Assembly: GCA_002406115.1 (NCBI GenBank)
Contig: DHNC01000035.1
Location: 23,349 to 87,348 of the forward strand
Reading direction: 5' to 3'
Length of the DNA: 64,000 nucleotides
Source: Christensenella sp. UBA4626
GTDB taxonomy: Bacteria; Bacillota; Clostridia; Christensenellales; UBA1242
The notes beneath the pieces were generated by a model. It saw only the letters and a list, made by a program, of their open reading frames with translations. It was not told the DNA's origin and did not search any database. Made by a program: the position numbers and the translations under genes. Shown here piece by piece: positions 28,376-37,357 of this stretch (the stretch's first letter is position 1; each line of letters begins with the position of its first letter).

Positions 28376-29089
28376 CTACATATTGCTGTCACGGGTGAAG
28401 CATTCTTCCAAAGAGAGGTAGGCGTTCCTTGCGTGCTTGTTGCATCTTGAAAAATAGTCAAGCCCAATCATCAAAGAAAACACCAATTTTTTGTCGTTCT
28501 TTTCGCTGGCGATGTAAAGGGAATTTAAAAGCATAGTAAATTCTTCTTTTTCGTTGATTTTTAATTTAAAATTATCAATATTGGACATAATCAAGCGAAT
28601 GGTTGTCATGATTTTGTTGTAATAATTTTTTTGATAATCATTTGCATTCACAATGATATGTCTTTTTGAGTAAAGCGAATTTAGTGCGGTTTTAAAAGGC
28701 AAAATGATGCTTTCTGCAAAAACTTTAAATTCTTGCCCTAAATTTTCATCCGTTTTGAAAAACTTGTTTAAAAAGTCATAAAAATTTATTTCTTTGGTGT
28801 TAAAGCGATAGAGCAAACAATAAACAAACGCAATAATTTGTTTTTCGTCCGTTGGCATATTTAAGGTGTAAGTTTCATCCTCATTTTCAATAATTGCTTG
28901 CTTTAAATGTGCTACAAAATCGTAATTCACCAAAGTGGAGGCAATGATATTTTTAACTTTTTCATCCGCATTGACCAATTTTAAAATGGAAGCAATTTTG
29001 ATGTCCGCCAAAATATATTTGCCAGAAACAAACTCGTCACAAGCATTATTAAGTTCGCTCAATTCATAAACATTTTCGTTCATAAACAC
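28376..29089 (-). CDS. Hypothetical all-helical protein, co-operonic with the ASCH gene
   Basis: 237-aa ORF with SD GAGGTG. Its stop codon directly abuts the ASCH ORF. No motif recognised. Confidence 0.55.
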   Translation of the reverse strand: MFMNENVYELSELNNACDEFVSGKYILADIKIASILKLVNADEKVKNIIASTLVNYDFVAHLKQAIIENEDETYTLNMPTDEKQIIAFVYCLLYRFNTKEINFYDFLNKFFKTDENLGQEFKVFAESIILPFKTALNSLYSKRHIIVNANDYQKNYYNKIMTTIRLIMSNIDNFKLKINEKEEFTMLLNSLYIASEKNDKKLVFSLMIGLDYFSRCNKHARNAYLSLEECFTRDSNM

Positions 29090-29158
29090 CTCACAAATTA
29101 GAATAAGTATAACATCTAAAAATAATCAAAGCAAGAATTTAATTATGGTTTTAAAAAG

Positions 29159-29187
29159 TTGTCTTTTATTGTTGAATATTGTATAAT
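29159..29187 (+). promoter_or_regulatory. Candidate sigma-A promoter (TTGTCT-17-TATAAT)
   Basis: Hexamers at 29159-29164 and 29182-29187. Confidence 0.45.
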
Positions 29188-29291
29188 AAAGTCATAAATA
29201 GTGAGTTTGGATATTTTTTTTGCAAATTTTTAAATACAAAAATAATTGCAAAACGTCAAACTTTAAAGATTTACACAAAAGGATTTTAACT

Positions 29292-29828
29292 ATGGATTTT
29301 GTACCGGATAATACTGTCAACAAACTGATTTTGCTTTACGTTTTGGATAAAATGGAAATTCCGTTGACGGAAAACTCAATATTGGAGATTTGTTCCAGCC
29401 AAAACAATTGGGTGAACTGGATGGATTGTAAAGATTTGTTGGCTCAACTTATCACATCAAAATTTGTTTACAAACCAAACACCGAAAATGACGAAAGCAG
29501 ATACAATATCACCGTGGCAGGGCGTGAATGTTTGGCACAGTTCTACACTCGCATCCCAGCCAGTTTGCGTGGTCAGATTGACAAATTTGCGGATGAAAAC
29601 AAATTGCAATTTAAGCGTAACCAAGAGTATATCGCAAAATGCTATAAAAATGAGGACGGAAGTTACACTGTTGACCTTAAAATCCTCGAACCGCTTACAA
29701 CCGAATCAATCTTTTCGCTTTCAATAAAGTCGGACACTCGCCACAACGCAACAACGGCTTGCAAACGTTGGAGAGAGTTGGCAGCGAATGTTTACGAATA
29801 TGTTTACAGCAAAATAATTGACAATTAA
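29292..29828 (+). CDS. DUF4364-like putative regulator
   Basis: The N-terminus (NKLILLYVLDKMEIPLTENSILEICSS) resembles the wHTH-like DUF4364 family common in Clostridia. ATG 29292 follows AAAGGA. Confidence 0.55.
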   Translation: MDFVPDNTVNKLILLYVLDKMEIPLTENSILEICSSQNNWVNWMDCKDLLAQLITSKFVYKPNTENDESRYNITVAGRECLAQFYTRIPASLRGQIDKFADENKLQFKRNQEYIAKCYKNEDGSYTVDLKILEPLTTESIFSLSIKSDTRHNATTACKRWRELAANVYEYVYSKIIDN

Positions 29829-29854
29829 ACAATTAAAATTTCAAGGAGGGGTTT

Positions 29855-30718
29855 ATGAAATGTCAAAATTGTGGTGCCAGCATTGGCAATGTGAATTTTT
29901 GTCCAAATTGTGGCACAAAAGTTGTTAAAAATACAGGCGTGATGTCAAATAAAAATCGAAAAGGATTGCCTGTCCTTGTTTTTAAAAAGCATGGCTGGGT
30001 TGAAATTTATTATCCAGATTGCATTTTGACGGATGAAAATAAAAGCCTTTCAGTTTGTAAACGTGATGCAAAAGAAGTATTAGCAGAAAATTTTTGCGAC
30101 TTTAAAAAATATTCAGAAGAGCAACTTTTGAGGGATAGCAAGGCCTTAAAAATGATGAAAAAAGGCTATGATGTTTCTATCGACTATCTTGACGTTGATT
30201 TGAAAAAATTGCAAAAAGAATACGACGACGATGATGATTTCTTTGACAATGATGACGACGATGATGACGATTTCTTTGATAATGACGATGAAGATGAAGA
30301 TGAAGAGGACGCAGATTTCGACGATGAGGATGAAGACGAAGACTTTGATGATGACTTTGGCGATGATATAGATACGGATTTTGACGACGAAGTTGAGGAC
30401 TATGATGATGACATAGATGATAAATTTGCTAGGAACGAAAGAGAAGTAGAAGAAGAATTTGCTAGGAACGAGAGAGAAGTAGAGAATGAATTCCGAAAAG
30501 CCGAAAAAGAGGAAAAAAGAGGCTTTAAAAAGGCAAACAAAGAAATTAAAAACGATTTTAAAAAATCAAAAAAGGAAATTGATGACGATTTTAGACGAGC
30601 AAGAATGGATACTGAAAATGATTTCAGAAGGGCGAGGATGGAATCTGAAAACAATTTTAAAAAAATCAAAAAAAGCAAATTTGGTTTTGACGACGATGAC
30701 GACCGTCGTGGTTGGTAA
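29855..30718 (+). CDS. Zinc-ribbon protein with poly-acidic tract and 11-residue repeats
   Basis: N-terminal CQNCG...CPNCG. The Asp/Glu tract starts at 30224. Seven phased F-x10 repeats lie at about 30425-30655. Strong SD AAGGAGGGG. Confidence 0.65.
   Translation: MKCQNCGASIGNVNFCPNCGTKVVKNTGVMSNKNRKGLPVLVFKKHGWVEIYYPDCILTDENKSLSVCKRDAKEVLAENFCDFKKYSEEQLLRDSKALKMMKKGYDVSIDYLDVDLKKLQKEYDDDDDFFDNDDDDDDDFFDNDDEDEDEEDADFDDEDEDEDFDDDFGDDIDTDFDDEVEDYDDDIDDKFARNEREVEEEFARNEREVENEFRKAEKEEKRGFKKANKEIKNDFKKSKKEIDDDFRRARMDTENDFRRARMESENNFKKIKKSKFGFDDDDDRRGW
30425..30490 (+). repeat. Two tandem 33-nt coding repeats (FARNEREVE[EN]E)
   Basis: tttgctaggaacgaaagagaagtagaagaagaa followed by tttgctaggaacgagagagaagtagagaatgaa. 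Confidence 0.9.
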
Positions 30719-30822
30719 ATTTAACTTAAAAAAACACTTTGTTTATCTATAAAATTTAAATGTTTGCAATAAACCCATTTATTTCTCTGACGTTATAAAT
30801 ATGGATGTTGTTAAGTGCAACA

Positions 30823-30859
30823 AAAAAGGAGTGATACTTAAAAGTAAAACTCCTTTTTT
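30823..30859. terminator. Hairpin terminator between convergent genes
   Basis: AAAAAGGAGT/ACTCCTTTTTT stem with a 16-nt loop. Confidence 0.55.
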
Positions 30860-30926
30860 AAATCTAAATTTTGTGTCCTTTGTACATCAAATAAATCTTT
30901 CCGTTTGGCTAAAACGCTAACAAAAT

Positions 30927-31472
30927 TTAATAATAAATGCTGTTGTAGCGGTTTACGTTTTGGAACACATAAATTTCATTTTTAATATGATAAGAACTGT
31001 TAAAGCACCAACAAACAAAGGCAAAAATCGCTGGCAAATAAAATGAAATTTGATTGTAATAAACAAATGAAAGTAGGGAATATGTTGCGGCAGACACAAG
31101 CAATGCCAAAGCCACAATTGACAAAATGCGGGTTATAAAAGAATAGAGGTGGATAAAACTGCGTTTGTCAATATTCATCACAAAATTAACTCGGCTTGCG
31201 GATTTGCCTCTATGTTTAACCCTTTCCACATTCCTAAGTCCGTTGATTGCGTACAATATGGAAGTGAAAGCGTACATTGTGCTGAAAATCATAGTCACCG
31301 CCGCCAAAACAATCATCAAAACGGATGGAGCGGTTGAAAGTTTGAAGAGCATAATAATTTGCCAAACAAATGCAACAATAAACAGCACGGCAAAAAGCAT
31401 CCTCAATCTGATATCTCGTTTGATAGTTGGAACATCTTTGTTCAAATATTCAACTGTTTGCTTGTTATTCAT
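30927..31472 (-). CDS. Hypothetical membrane protein (about 4 TM)
   Basis: 181-aa ORF with hydrophobic segments. No obvious SD. Confidence 0.45.
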   Translation of the reverse strand: MNNKQTVEYLNKDVPTIKRDIRLRMLFAVLFIVAFVWQIIMLFKLSTAPSVLMIVLAAVTMIFSTMYAFTSILYAINGLRNVERVKHRGKSASRVNFVMNIDKRSFIHLYSFITRILSIVALALLVSAATYSLLSFVYYNQISFYLPAIFAFVCWCFNSSYHIKNEIYVFQNVNRYNSIYY

Positions 31473-31545
31473 ACAATAATTTTAAAATATTTTTTTATCC
31501 TTGTCAAACAAAGCCCAACACAAATTTTTAATTTAAAGTTAAAAT

Positions 31546-32550
31546 TCACACTAAAAGCACAATCAAACTTGCAAACACAGCCGCCAATACGCCTTGAACA
31601 AGTTTTTGCAAAATCACAAACCCAAATTTTATATCCAGTTTTTTCAAAAATGCAAACGATTGCATAATCACACATATGCCGCCAAATCCAATCAAGCCAG
31701 ACGCCGCAATCAGTTTTATTTTCAAAGGCAATAGGCAGTTATTCAGTTCAATCATGCCTCTTGTTATTTCTATCCCGCCGCACAAAATGGCTTTTAAAAT
31801 GTTGCCATTTTCACCCATCAATTCAAGCGGTTTTGTTAAAAAGCGGGCAGAGCAAATCAGGTCAATCATCAAAAATGCGAGCGTCATATATGCCCCCACA
31901 AGCAAAATGGAAATCAGGGCGTCATACACACTATCGGTCAAAATTGAGTTTGAATTTTTGCTTTCCACAATCACAGATTCGCCATTTTTTTGCTTTTTAC
32001 CTCTAAAAATCAGCCCGTTAAAAATGCTTGCCAAAATGTTTGCAATCAAAATAATAATACCCGCCTTGAATGAGCCAAAAATTGCAACGCCCACCGTTCC
32101 AACCATAAACATAGGGCCACTGACCGAGCAAAAGGATAGCATTCGTTTTGCGTCCTGCCTTGTGTAGACGCCTTTTTCAAACAAATCTGCCACCATTTTT
32201 GCCCCCATTGGGTAGCCAGAAAGCAAAGAGAGCAGGTACACACTTGAACTTGTTGCTGGCGTGTGATAGACCTTAAAAAACAGTTTGTCCAACTTGCTTT
32301 GTTTGGGCGGTATCAAGCCGATGATTATTTTTGTAAAGATGAAAAAAGGAAAAAGGCAGGGCAGCACTTTAAGCCCCCAAACCGAAATTGCATTTAAGCA
32401 ACTGGCAGAATATTTTGCGGGATTGGAGATAAAAACAAGGCAGACACAAATCAACAAAACAACCACAATTGTTTGCGAGGTTAAAATTTTGTGCTCAGAC
32501 TTTGAATTATTTAAATTTTGCATTTTATTTGCTTTTAACTTGCACATCAT
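31546..32550 (-). CDS. ylbJ: Sporulation integral membrane protein YlbJ-like (nucleoside-recognition/Gate domains)
   Basis: VWGLKVLPCLFPFFIF and LLSGYPMGAKMVADLFEKG...SFCSVSGPMFMVGTVG match the YlbJ pattern. Confidence 0.7.
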   Translation of the reverse strand: MMCKLKANKMQNLNNSKSEHKILTSQTIVVVLLICVCLVFISNPAKYSASCLNAISVWGLKVLPCLFPFFIFTKIIIGLIPPKQSKLDKLFFKVYHTPATSSSVYLLSLLSGYPMGAKMVADLFEKGVYTRQDAKRMLSFCSVSGPMFMVGTVGVAIFGSFKAGIIILIANILASIFNGLIFRGKKQKNGESVIVESKNSNSILTDSVYDALISILLVGAYMTLAFLMIDLICSARFLTKPLELMGENGNILKAILCGGIEITRGMIELNNCLLPLKIKLIAASGLIGFGGICVIMQSFAFLKKLDIKFGFVILQKLVQGVLAAVFASLIVLLV

Positions 32551-32602
32551 ATATAATGTATTCAGAAATACAATCGTAAATGATTTGGTTTAAAGGAGTA
32601 AT

Positions 32603-33394
32603 GTGAAAAAATTTGCATTAGTTTTAAGCGGTGGTGCGGCAAAGGGTTACGCCCACATTGGTGTGCTTAAAGTTTTGGAAAAATTAAATTTAAAACCTTC
32701 TTTGATTGTTGGCACTTCCATGGGGGCGTTGGTTGGCGGGATGTATGCCAGCGGCAGGACTTGCGACCAAATGATAAAATTGGGTCACGATTTTAATAGT
32801 CTTGGCAATTTCACTCTGACAGGGGCACTTTTTAGAGGTCACCTTTTGAATTCAAGCAAGATTGACAAACTTTTAAAGCGGGAATTGGGGGATTTTTCTC
32901 AACAAGATTGTGAAATCCCGTTTGTGGCCGTTGCAACTGACATAAATTTGGGCAAAGAGGCGCACCTCACAAAAGGATTGTTGAGGCAAAATATCCGTGC
33001 CAGCATATCCATTCCGGGCATATTTCAGCCGCAAGAAATTGATGGCAAGGTCTATGTAGATGGCGGGTTGTGCAACAATATGCCAGAAAATGTTGCCCGC
33101 AAACTTATGCCTGATGCAGTGATAATTTCAGTTGATTGCATCGGAAAATACGCCGATCAGGTTGAAAATTTAAGTCAAAAAACCTTGCAAAACGTGCTTA
33201 ATGCCACCACAATTTTAACGCAAAATGTGGTAAAGCTTAGGCGTCATTTTGCCGCTTTAAGGATTGTTATAAGCCAGCCGGACATAAGTCAGTTGGATTT
33301 CAAACCAGAAAAAGTTGATTTGTCCGTTTCTTATGGCGAAAAAGCCACACAAAAACTGGCAAAACAAATTCAAGAACTTTTAAAAGGAGAATAA
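32603..33394 (+). CDS. Patatin-like phospholipase
   Basis: GGAAKG glycine-rich loop, GTSMG nucleophile motif and a DGG motif. GTG start after AAGGAG. Confidence 0.85.
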   Translation: MKKFALVLSGGAAKGYAHIGVLKVLEKLNLKPSLIVGTSMGALVGGMYASGRTCDQMIKLGHDFNSLGNFTLTGALFRGHLLNSSKIDKLLKRELGDFSQQDCEIPFVAVATDINLGKEAHLTKGLLRQNIRASISIPGIFQPQEIDGKVYVDGGLCNNMPENVARKLMPDAVIISVDCIGKYADQVENLSQKTLQNVLNATTILTQNVVKLRRHFAALRIVISQPDISQLDFKPEKVDLSVSYGEKATQKLAKQIQELLKGE

Positions 33395-33395
33395 A

Positions 33396-34355
33396 GTGCT
33401 TTCAAATTCGATAAAACAAATGGCAAAAAAGATTGATGCGACCATTATTTTGCCAGAAGCAAATTTGGACAACCGCATTTATCAAGCCGCAAAAACGGTT
33501 TTGAAAAAAAAGATTGCAAAATTGATAGTTTTTGGCAACGCTTCCGAATTTGACGAAACTTTTAAGTCAAACGATTGTCAAATCATTGACATAAACACTT
33601 ATCCAAAAGAAATGTTTGTCGAGCAGTTGTTTGAGTTGAGGAAAAGCAAAGGCATCACAAAGCCACAAGCGGAAGAAATGCTTAAAAATCCGTTATATTT
33701 CGCCATGATGCTGCTTGTTGATAACAAAGCGGATGCGTGCGTTGCTGGTGCTCACTTTTCAACCGCAGACGTGCTTTTGCCCGCTTTGCAAATCGTAAAA
33801 ACAAAGCCAAACAAATCATTTGTCACCGGCAGCATGATTTTAACAAAAAAGGGCAAAAAGCCGCTTGTTTTTGGGGATGTTTCCTTGATTGAAAATCCAG
33901 ACCAAAACAAACTTGCAGAGATTGCAATTTCAAATGCGGAATTTATGCAAAAAGTGTTAGGGCAACAACCAAAAGTTGCAATGCTATCCTATTCAACACA
34001 TGGCAGTGCAAAAAGTGAAATGGTGGACAAGGTTAAAAATGCAACCGCTTTGGCAAAAGAAAAATCCGAATATCTAATTGACGGTGAAATGCAAGTTGAT
34101 AGTGCGCTTGACATTGAGACAGCAAAACATAAGGGCATAACAAGCGAAGTTGGCGGGCAAGCGAATGTGCTTATATTCCCGGATTTAAATGCGGGCAACA
34201 TAGGTTACAAACTGGTGGCTCGTTTGGGCGGATATCAAGCGATTGGGCCAATAATGCTCAACTTCAAAAAGCCAGTCACAGATTTGAGCCGTGGGGCAAA
34301 CGTAAACGAAATTTTGGACACGATTATCATCACAAAATTGCTTACACAATGCTAA
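33396..34355 (+). CDS. pta: Phosphate acetyltransferase
   Basis: 319-aa short-form Pta (ILPEANLDNRI..., SYSTHGSAKS, FPDLNAGNIGYK). Adjacent to ackA. Confidence 0.9.
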   Translation: MLSNSIKQMAKKIDATIILPEANLDNRIYQAAKTVLKKKIAKLIVFGNASEFDETFKSNDCQIIDINTYPKEMFVEQLFELRKSKGITKPQAEEMLKNPLYFAMMLLVDNKADACVAGAHFSTADVLLPALQIVKTKPNKSFVTGSMILTKKGKKPLVFGDVSLIENPDQNKLAEIAISNAEFMQKVLGQQPKVAMLSYSTHGSAKSEMVDKVKNATALAKEKSEYLIDGEMQVDSALDIETAKHKGITSEVGGQANVLIFPDLNAGNIGYKLVARLGGYQAIGPIMLNFKKPVTDLSRGANVNEILDTIIITKLLTQC

Positions 34356-34412
34356 TTTGTTTTGCAAAATCAAAATTTTGTGCTAACATAAAAATATTAA
34401 AAGGATAAAAAT

Positions 34413-35603
34413 ATGAAAGTTTTAGTAGTTAATGCTGGAAGCAGCAGTTTAAAAGCCCAACTTATGGAAACAGAAAATGGCAAAGTATTTGCCAACGCTT
34501 ATTGCGAACGTATCGGTTTGGAAGGTTCATTTATGACCTACAAATGGAATGGGGAAAAGGTTAAAATCGACAGTGCAATGCCAACTCACAAACAAGCATT
34601 CCAATTGTTTTTTGACACTTTGACAAGCAAAGAATATGGCGTTATCAAAAGTTTAAGCGAAATCAAAGCAATCGGTCACCGTGTTGTGAACATGGGTGAA
34701 AAATATTGCAAATCAATTGTCGTAACACCAAAAATCTACAAGGATATGCAAAAATGTGTTCAATTTGCACCTTTGCACAATCCAGGTGCTTTGACCGGTT
34801 TGCAAGCATGTATGGATTTAATGCCAGGCGTTAAAAATGTCACAGTTTTTGACACTGCATTCCACATGACCATGCCAGAAAAAGCATATATGTACGCTTT
34901 GCCTTATGAATATTATGAAAAATATGGCATCCGCAGATATGGCGCACACGGCACAAGCCACAAATATATCGCAAGGAAAGCCGCAGAAATTTTGGGCGAC
35001 CTTAAAGGCAAAAAAGTTATCTCTTGCCACCTTGGTTCAGGCAGCAGCATTTGCGCAATTTTGGACGGTAAATGTGTGGACACTTCTATGGGCTACACCC
35101 CTCTCGCTGGTGTAGTTATGGGCACACGTACCGGCGATATTGATGCCAGCGTGGTTACCGGCGTTATGAACGCAACTGGCAAATCAGCAGAAGAAGTTAT
35201 CAATATCTTCAACAAAAAGAGCGGTTTGTTAGGTTTGTCTGGTTACAGCGATATGCGTGATATTGAAGAGCATATCAACGAACCAAAAGTTAAATTGGCT
35301 TTCGACACTTTGTGCTATTCAATCAAAAAATATATCGGTGCATACGCCGCAGCAATGAATGGCGTTGATGCAATCATCTTTACGGCTGGCATTGGCGAAC
35401 ATGACGAACTCGTTCGTGAAGCAGTTTGCAAAGATATGGAATATTTGGGTCTTGAACTTGACGAAGAAAAGAACGTTAAACTCAACAAACCATTTGACCA
35501 AATTGTTGAACTTTCTCGTCCAACAAGCAAAGTTAAAGTATATCGTGTTCCAACCGATGAAGAATTTATGATTGCATTGGAAACCGCAGAATTGGTTAAA
35601 TAA
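34413..35603 (+). CDS. ackA: Acetate kinase
   Basis: MKVLVVNAGSSSLK, RYGAHGTSH and FTAGIGE motifs. Confidence 0.95.
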   Translation: MKVLVVNAGSSSLKAQLMETENGKVFANAYCERIGLEGSFMTYKWNGEKVKIDSAMPTHKQAFQLFFDTLTSKEYGVIKSLSEIKAIGHRVVNMGEKYCKSIVVTPKIYKDMQKCVQFAPLHNPGALTGLQACMDLMPGVKNVTVFDTAFHMTMPEKAYMYALPYEYYEKYGIRRYGAHGTSHKYIARKAAEILGDLKGKKVISCHLGSGSSICAILDGKCVDTSMGYTPLAGVVMGTRTGDIDASVVTGVMNATGKSAEEVINIFNKKSGLLGLSGYSDMRDIEEHINEPKVKLAFDTLCYSIKKYIGAYAAAMNGVDAIIFTAGIGEHDELVREAVCKDMEYLGLELDEEKNVKLNKPFDQIVELSRPTSKVKVYRVPTDEEFMIALETAELVK

Positions 35604-35605
35604 TT

Positions 35606-35632
35606 AAAAAAACGGTGCAAAGCCGTTTTTTT
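35606..35632 (+). terminator. Intrinsic terminator after ackA
   Basis: AAAAAACGG/CCGTTTTTT stem. Confidence 0.55.
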
Positions 35633-35759
35633 GCCGCCAAAATGCCTAATTTTTAGGTTTTTATAAGAGTAATAACTTTAAAACCTAAAAATGAAAATTA
35701 GGGCAAATTTAAAATGCTCAATAAATTTTATCAAATCACAAATTTGTTTAAAATTACGA

Positions 35760-35788
35760 TTGACAAATCATTTGAGCTTTGATATAAT
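35760..35788 (+). promoter_or_regulatory. Consensus sigma-A promoter (TTGACA-17-TATAAT) for rpmF
   Basis: Perfect hexamers at 35760-35765 and 35783-35788. Confidence 0.65.
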
Positions 35789-35845
35789 AGGTTCAGATTT
35801 TGTCGAGTGCTGTGTTGCAGCACGAATATTTATGGAGGTATTAAA

Positions 35846-36037
35846 ATGGCTGTTCCAAAGGGAAAAGTTTCAAAAGCACGCAGAGATAAACGTCGTGCAA
35901 ACTGGAAAGCCGCTGTTCCAACATTAGTTGAATGTCCACATTGTCATGAAAAGAAAGTGGCACACCAAGTTTGCAAAAATTGTGGTTACTACGATGGCGA
36001 ACAAGCAGTTTCAGTTGAAAAGAAAGAAAGTAAATAA
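35846..36037 (+). CDS. rpmF: 50S ribosomal protein L32
   Basis: [18 protein letters not shown]...[28 protein letters not shown]. The track ORF start 35807 is upstream of the true ATG. Confidence 0.9.
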   Translation: MAVPKGKVSKARRDKRRANWKAAVPTLVECPHCHEKKVAHQVCKNCGYYDGEQAVSVEKKESK

Positions 36038-36052
36038 TTATTTTAAATTTAA

Positions 36053-36077
36053 GTCCACCCATTTGGGTGGCTTTTTT
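36053..36077 (+). terminator. Intrinsic terminator after rpmF
   Basis: CCACCC/GGGTGG stem followed by a T-run. Confidence 0.75.
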
Positions 36078-36141
36078 CATCCGTTTGGCAAACGATATTA
36101 AATAATTTGCCAAAACTCAACAAATTGGTTAAAATATAAGC

Positions 36142-37257
36142 ATGGAAAAAATTATAAATTATTTAACGGAAAATCAGGCGGAAGTGGTCAAAATCATTTT
36201 GAGCGACACAAAAAGTGAAGCAAAAAAGATTATAGTCCACAAAACCACAATCAAAGGTCAAACAAAATGGCAAATCGAGCGTTATATTGGGGCACAAGTG
36301 TTTCACCAAAACGTCGGATTTGATGAGGTTTTATCTTTGCCTTTTATGGATTACAAGCAAATTACAGTGCAATGCACAGGCAAAACAGGCGTGTTTTCTT
36401 CTTCCAAATCGGGCTTTAAATTGAAGGAAAAACATACCGAAACAATCCAACCCGTTTTGGCATCACACAACAAGCAAAAGCAGTATTTTATAAATGAAGG
36501 CGACGATGTTCCGGCTTTGGTGGATTTGGGCGTTTTTACAAAAGAGCATAAAGTTGCTTCGGCAATGTATGACAAATTTAAGCAGATAAACAAATTTATT
36601 GAAATTATTGACGCCGAACTTAAAAATTACAACAAAAGCACAATAACAATCCTTGATTTTGGCTGCGGCAAAAGTTATTTGACCTTTTTGGTTTACTATT
36701 ATTTTTCAAAATTACGCAACATCAAAGCGGAAATCATTGGTTATGATTTAAAATCTGATGTTGTTGAGCATTGCAATCAAATCGCAAAAAAATACAATTA
36801 CGATGGTCTAAAATTTGAAGTTGCGGATGTAAAAAAGGATAAATTATACAACAACAAAATTGACATGGTGATAAGCCTCCATGCGTGCGACACGGCAACC
36901 GATTTTGCCTTAAATTTTGCGATAAACAACAATGTAAAATACATTTTTAGCGTGCCATGTTGCCAACACGAAGTCAATTTAAGCATCAAAAAAGCGGGTG
37001 ATTTTGACATTTTGCTAAAAGACGGCTTATTTAAGGAAAGATTTTCCGCTTTGCTAACCGATGCAATCCGCACCGAAGTGTTAAGGGCGGTTGGTTATTC
37101 GGTTGACGTCATTGAGTTTGTTGACTTTGCACATTCGCCAAAAAATGTTATGCTGCGAGCAACAAAAAACAGCAACAAAAAGTCTTATCAGGCGTTGCTG
37201 GAACTTAAAAACAAATATCAATTTAATCAAACTTTGCTTGATTTGCAGTGCAAATAA
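36142..37257 (+). CDS. Class I SAM-dependent methyltransferase
   Basis: ILDFGCGKSYLTF (motif I) and the downstream Rossmann pattern. Substrate unknown. Confidence 0.7.
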   Translation: MEKIINYLTENQAEVVKIILSDTKSEAKKIIVHKTTIKGQTKWQIERYIGAQVFHQNVGFDEVLSLPFMDYKQITVQCTGKTGVFSSSKSGFKLKEKHTETIQPVLASHNKQKQYFINEGDDVPALVDLGVFTKEHKVASAMYDKFKQINKFIEIIDAELKNYNKSTITILDFGCGKSYLTFLVYYYFSKLRNIKAEIIGYDLKSDVVEHCNQIAKKYNYDGLKFEVADVKKDKLYNNKIDMVISLHACDTATDFALNFAINNNVKYIFSVPCCQHEVNLSIKKAGDFDILLKDGLFKERFSALLTDAIRTEVLRAVGYSVDVIEFVDFAHSPKNVMLRATKNSNKKSYQALLELKNKYQFNQTLLDLQCK

Positions 37258-37273
37258 TTGTGGCAAAATTTAT

Positions 37274-37302
37274 TTTACAATCTTGATAATTTTTTGTATA
37301 AT
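37274..37302 (+). promoter_or_regulatory. Candidate sigma-A promoter for plsX (TTTACA-17-TATAAT)
   Basis: Hexamers at 37274-37279 and 37297-37302. Confidence 0.45.
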
Positions 37303-37357
37303 TAAATTATAAATTTAAAACATTGGGGAGTTGAAACTTCCTTAAAAGGATTTTGAT

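Noticed and set aside
30224-30700. Repetitive DNA that might be mistaken for a CRISPR or satellite array
   Set aside because: The repeats are in-frame codon repeats (GAT/GAC/GAA runs and 33-nt units) inside one long ORF with a strong SD. There is no repeat-spacer architecture and there are no cas genes.
35691-35927. 78-aa ORF upstream of and overlapping rpmF
   Set aside because: It spans a consensus promoter (35760-35788) and the rpmF SD and start. The translation is low complexity, and L32 in the other frame is unambiguous.
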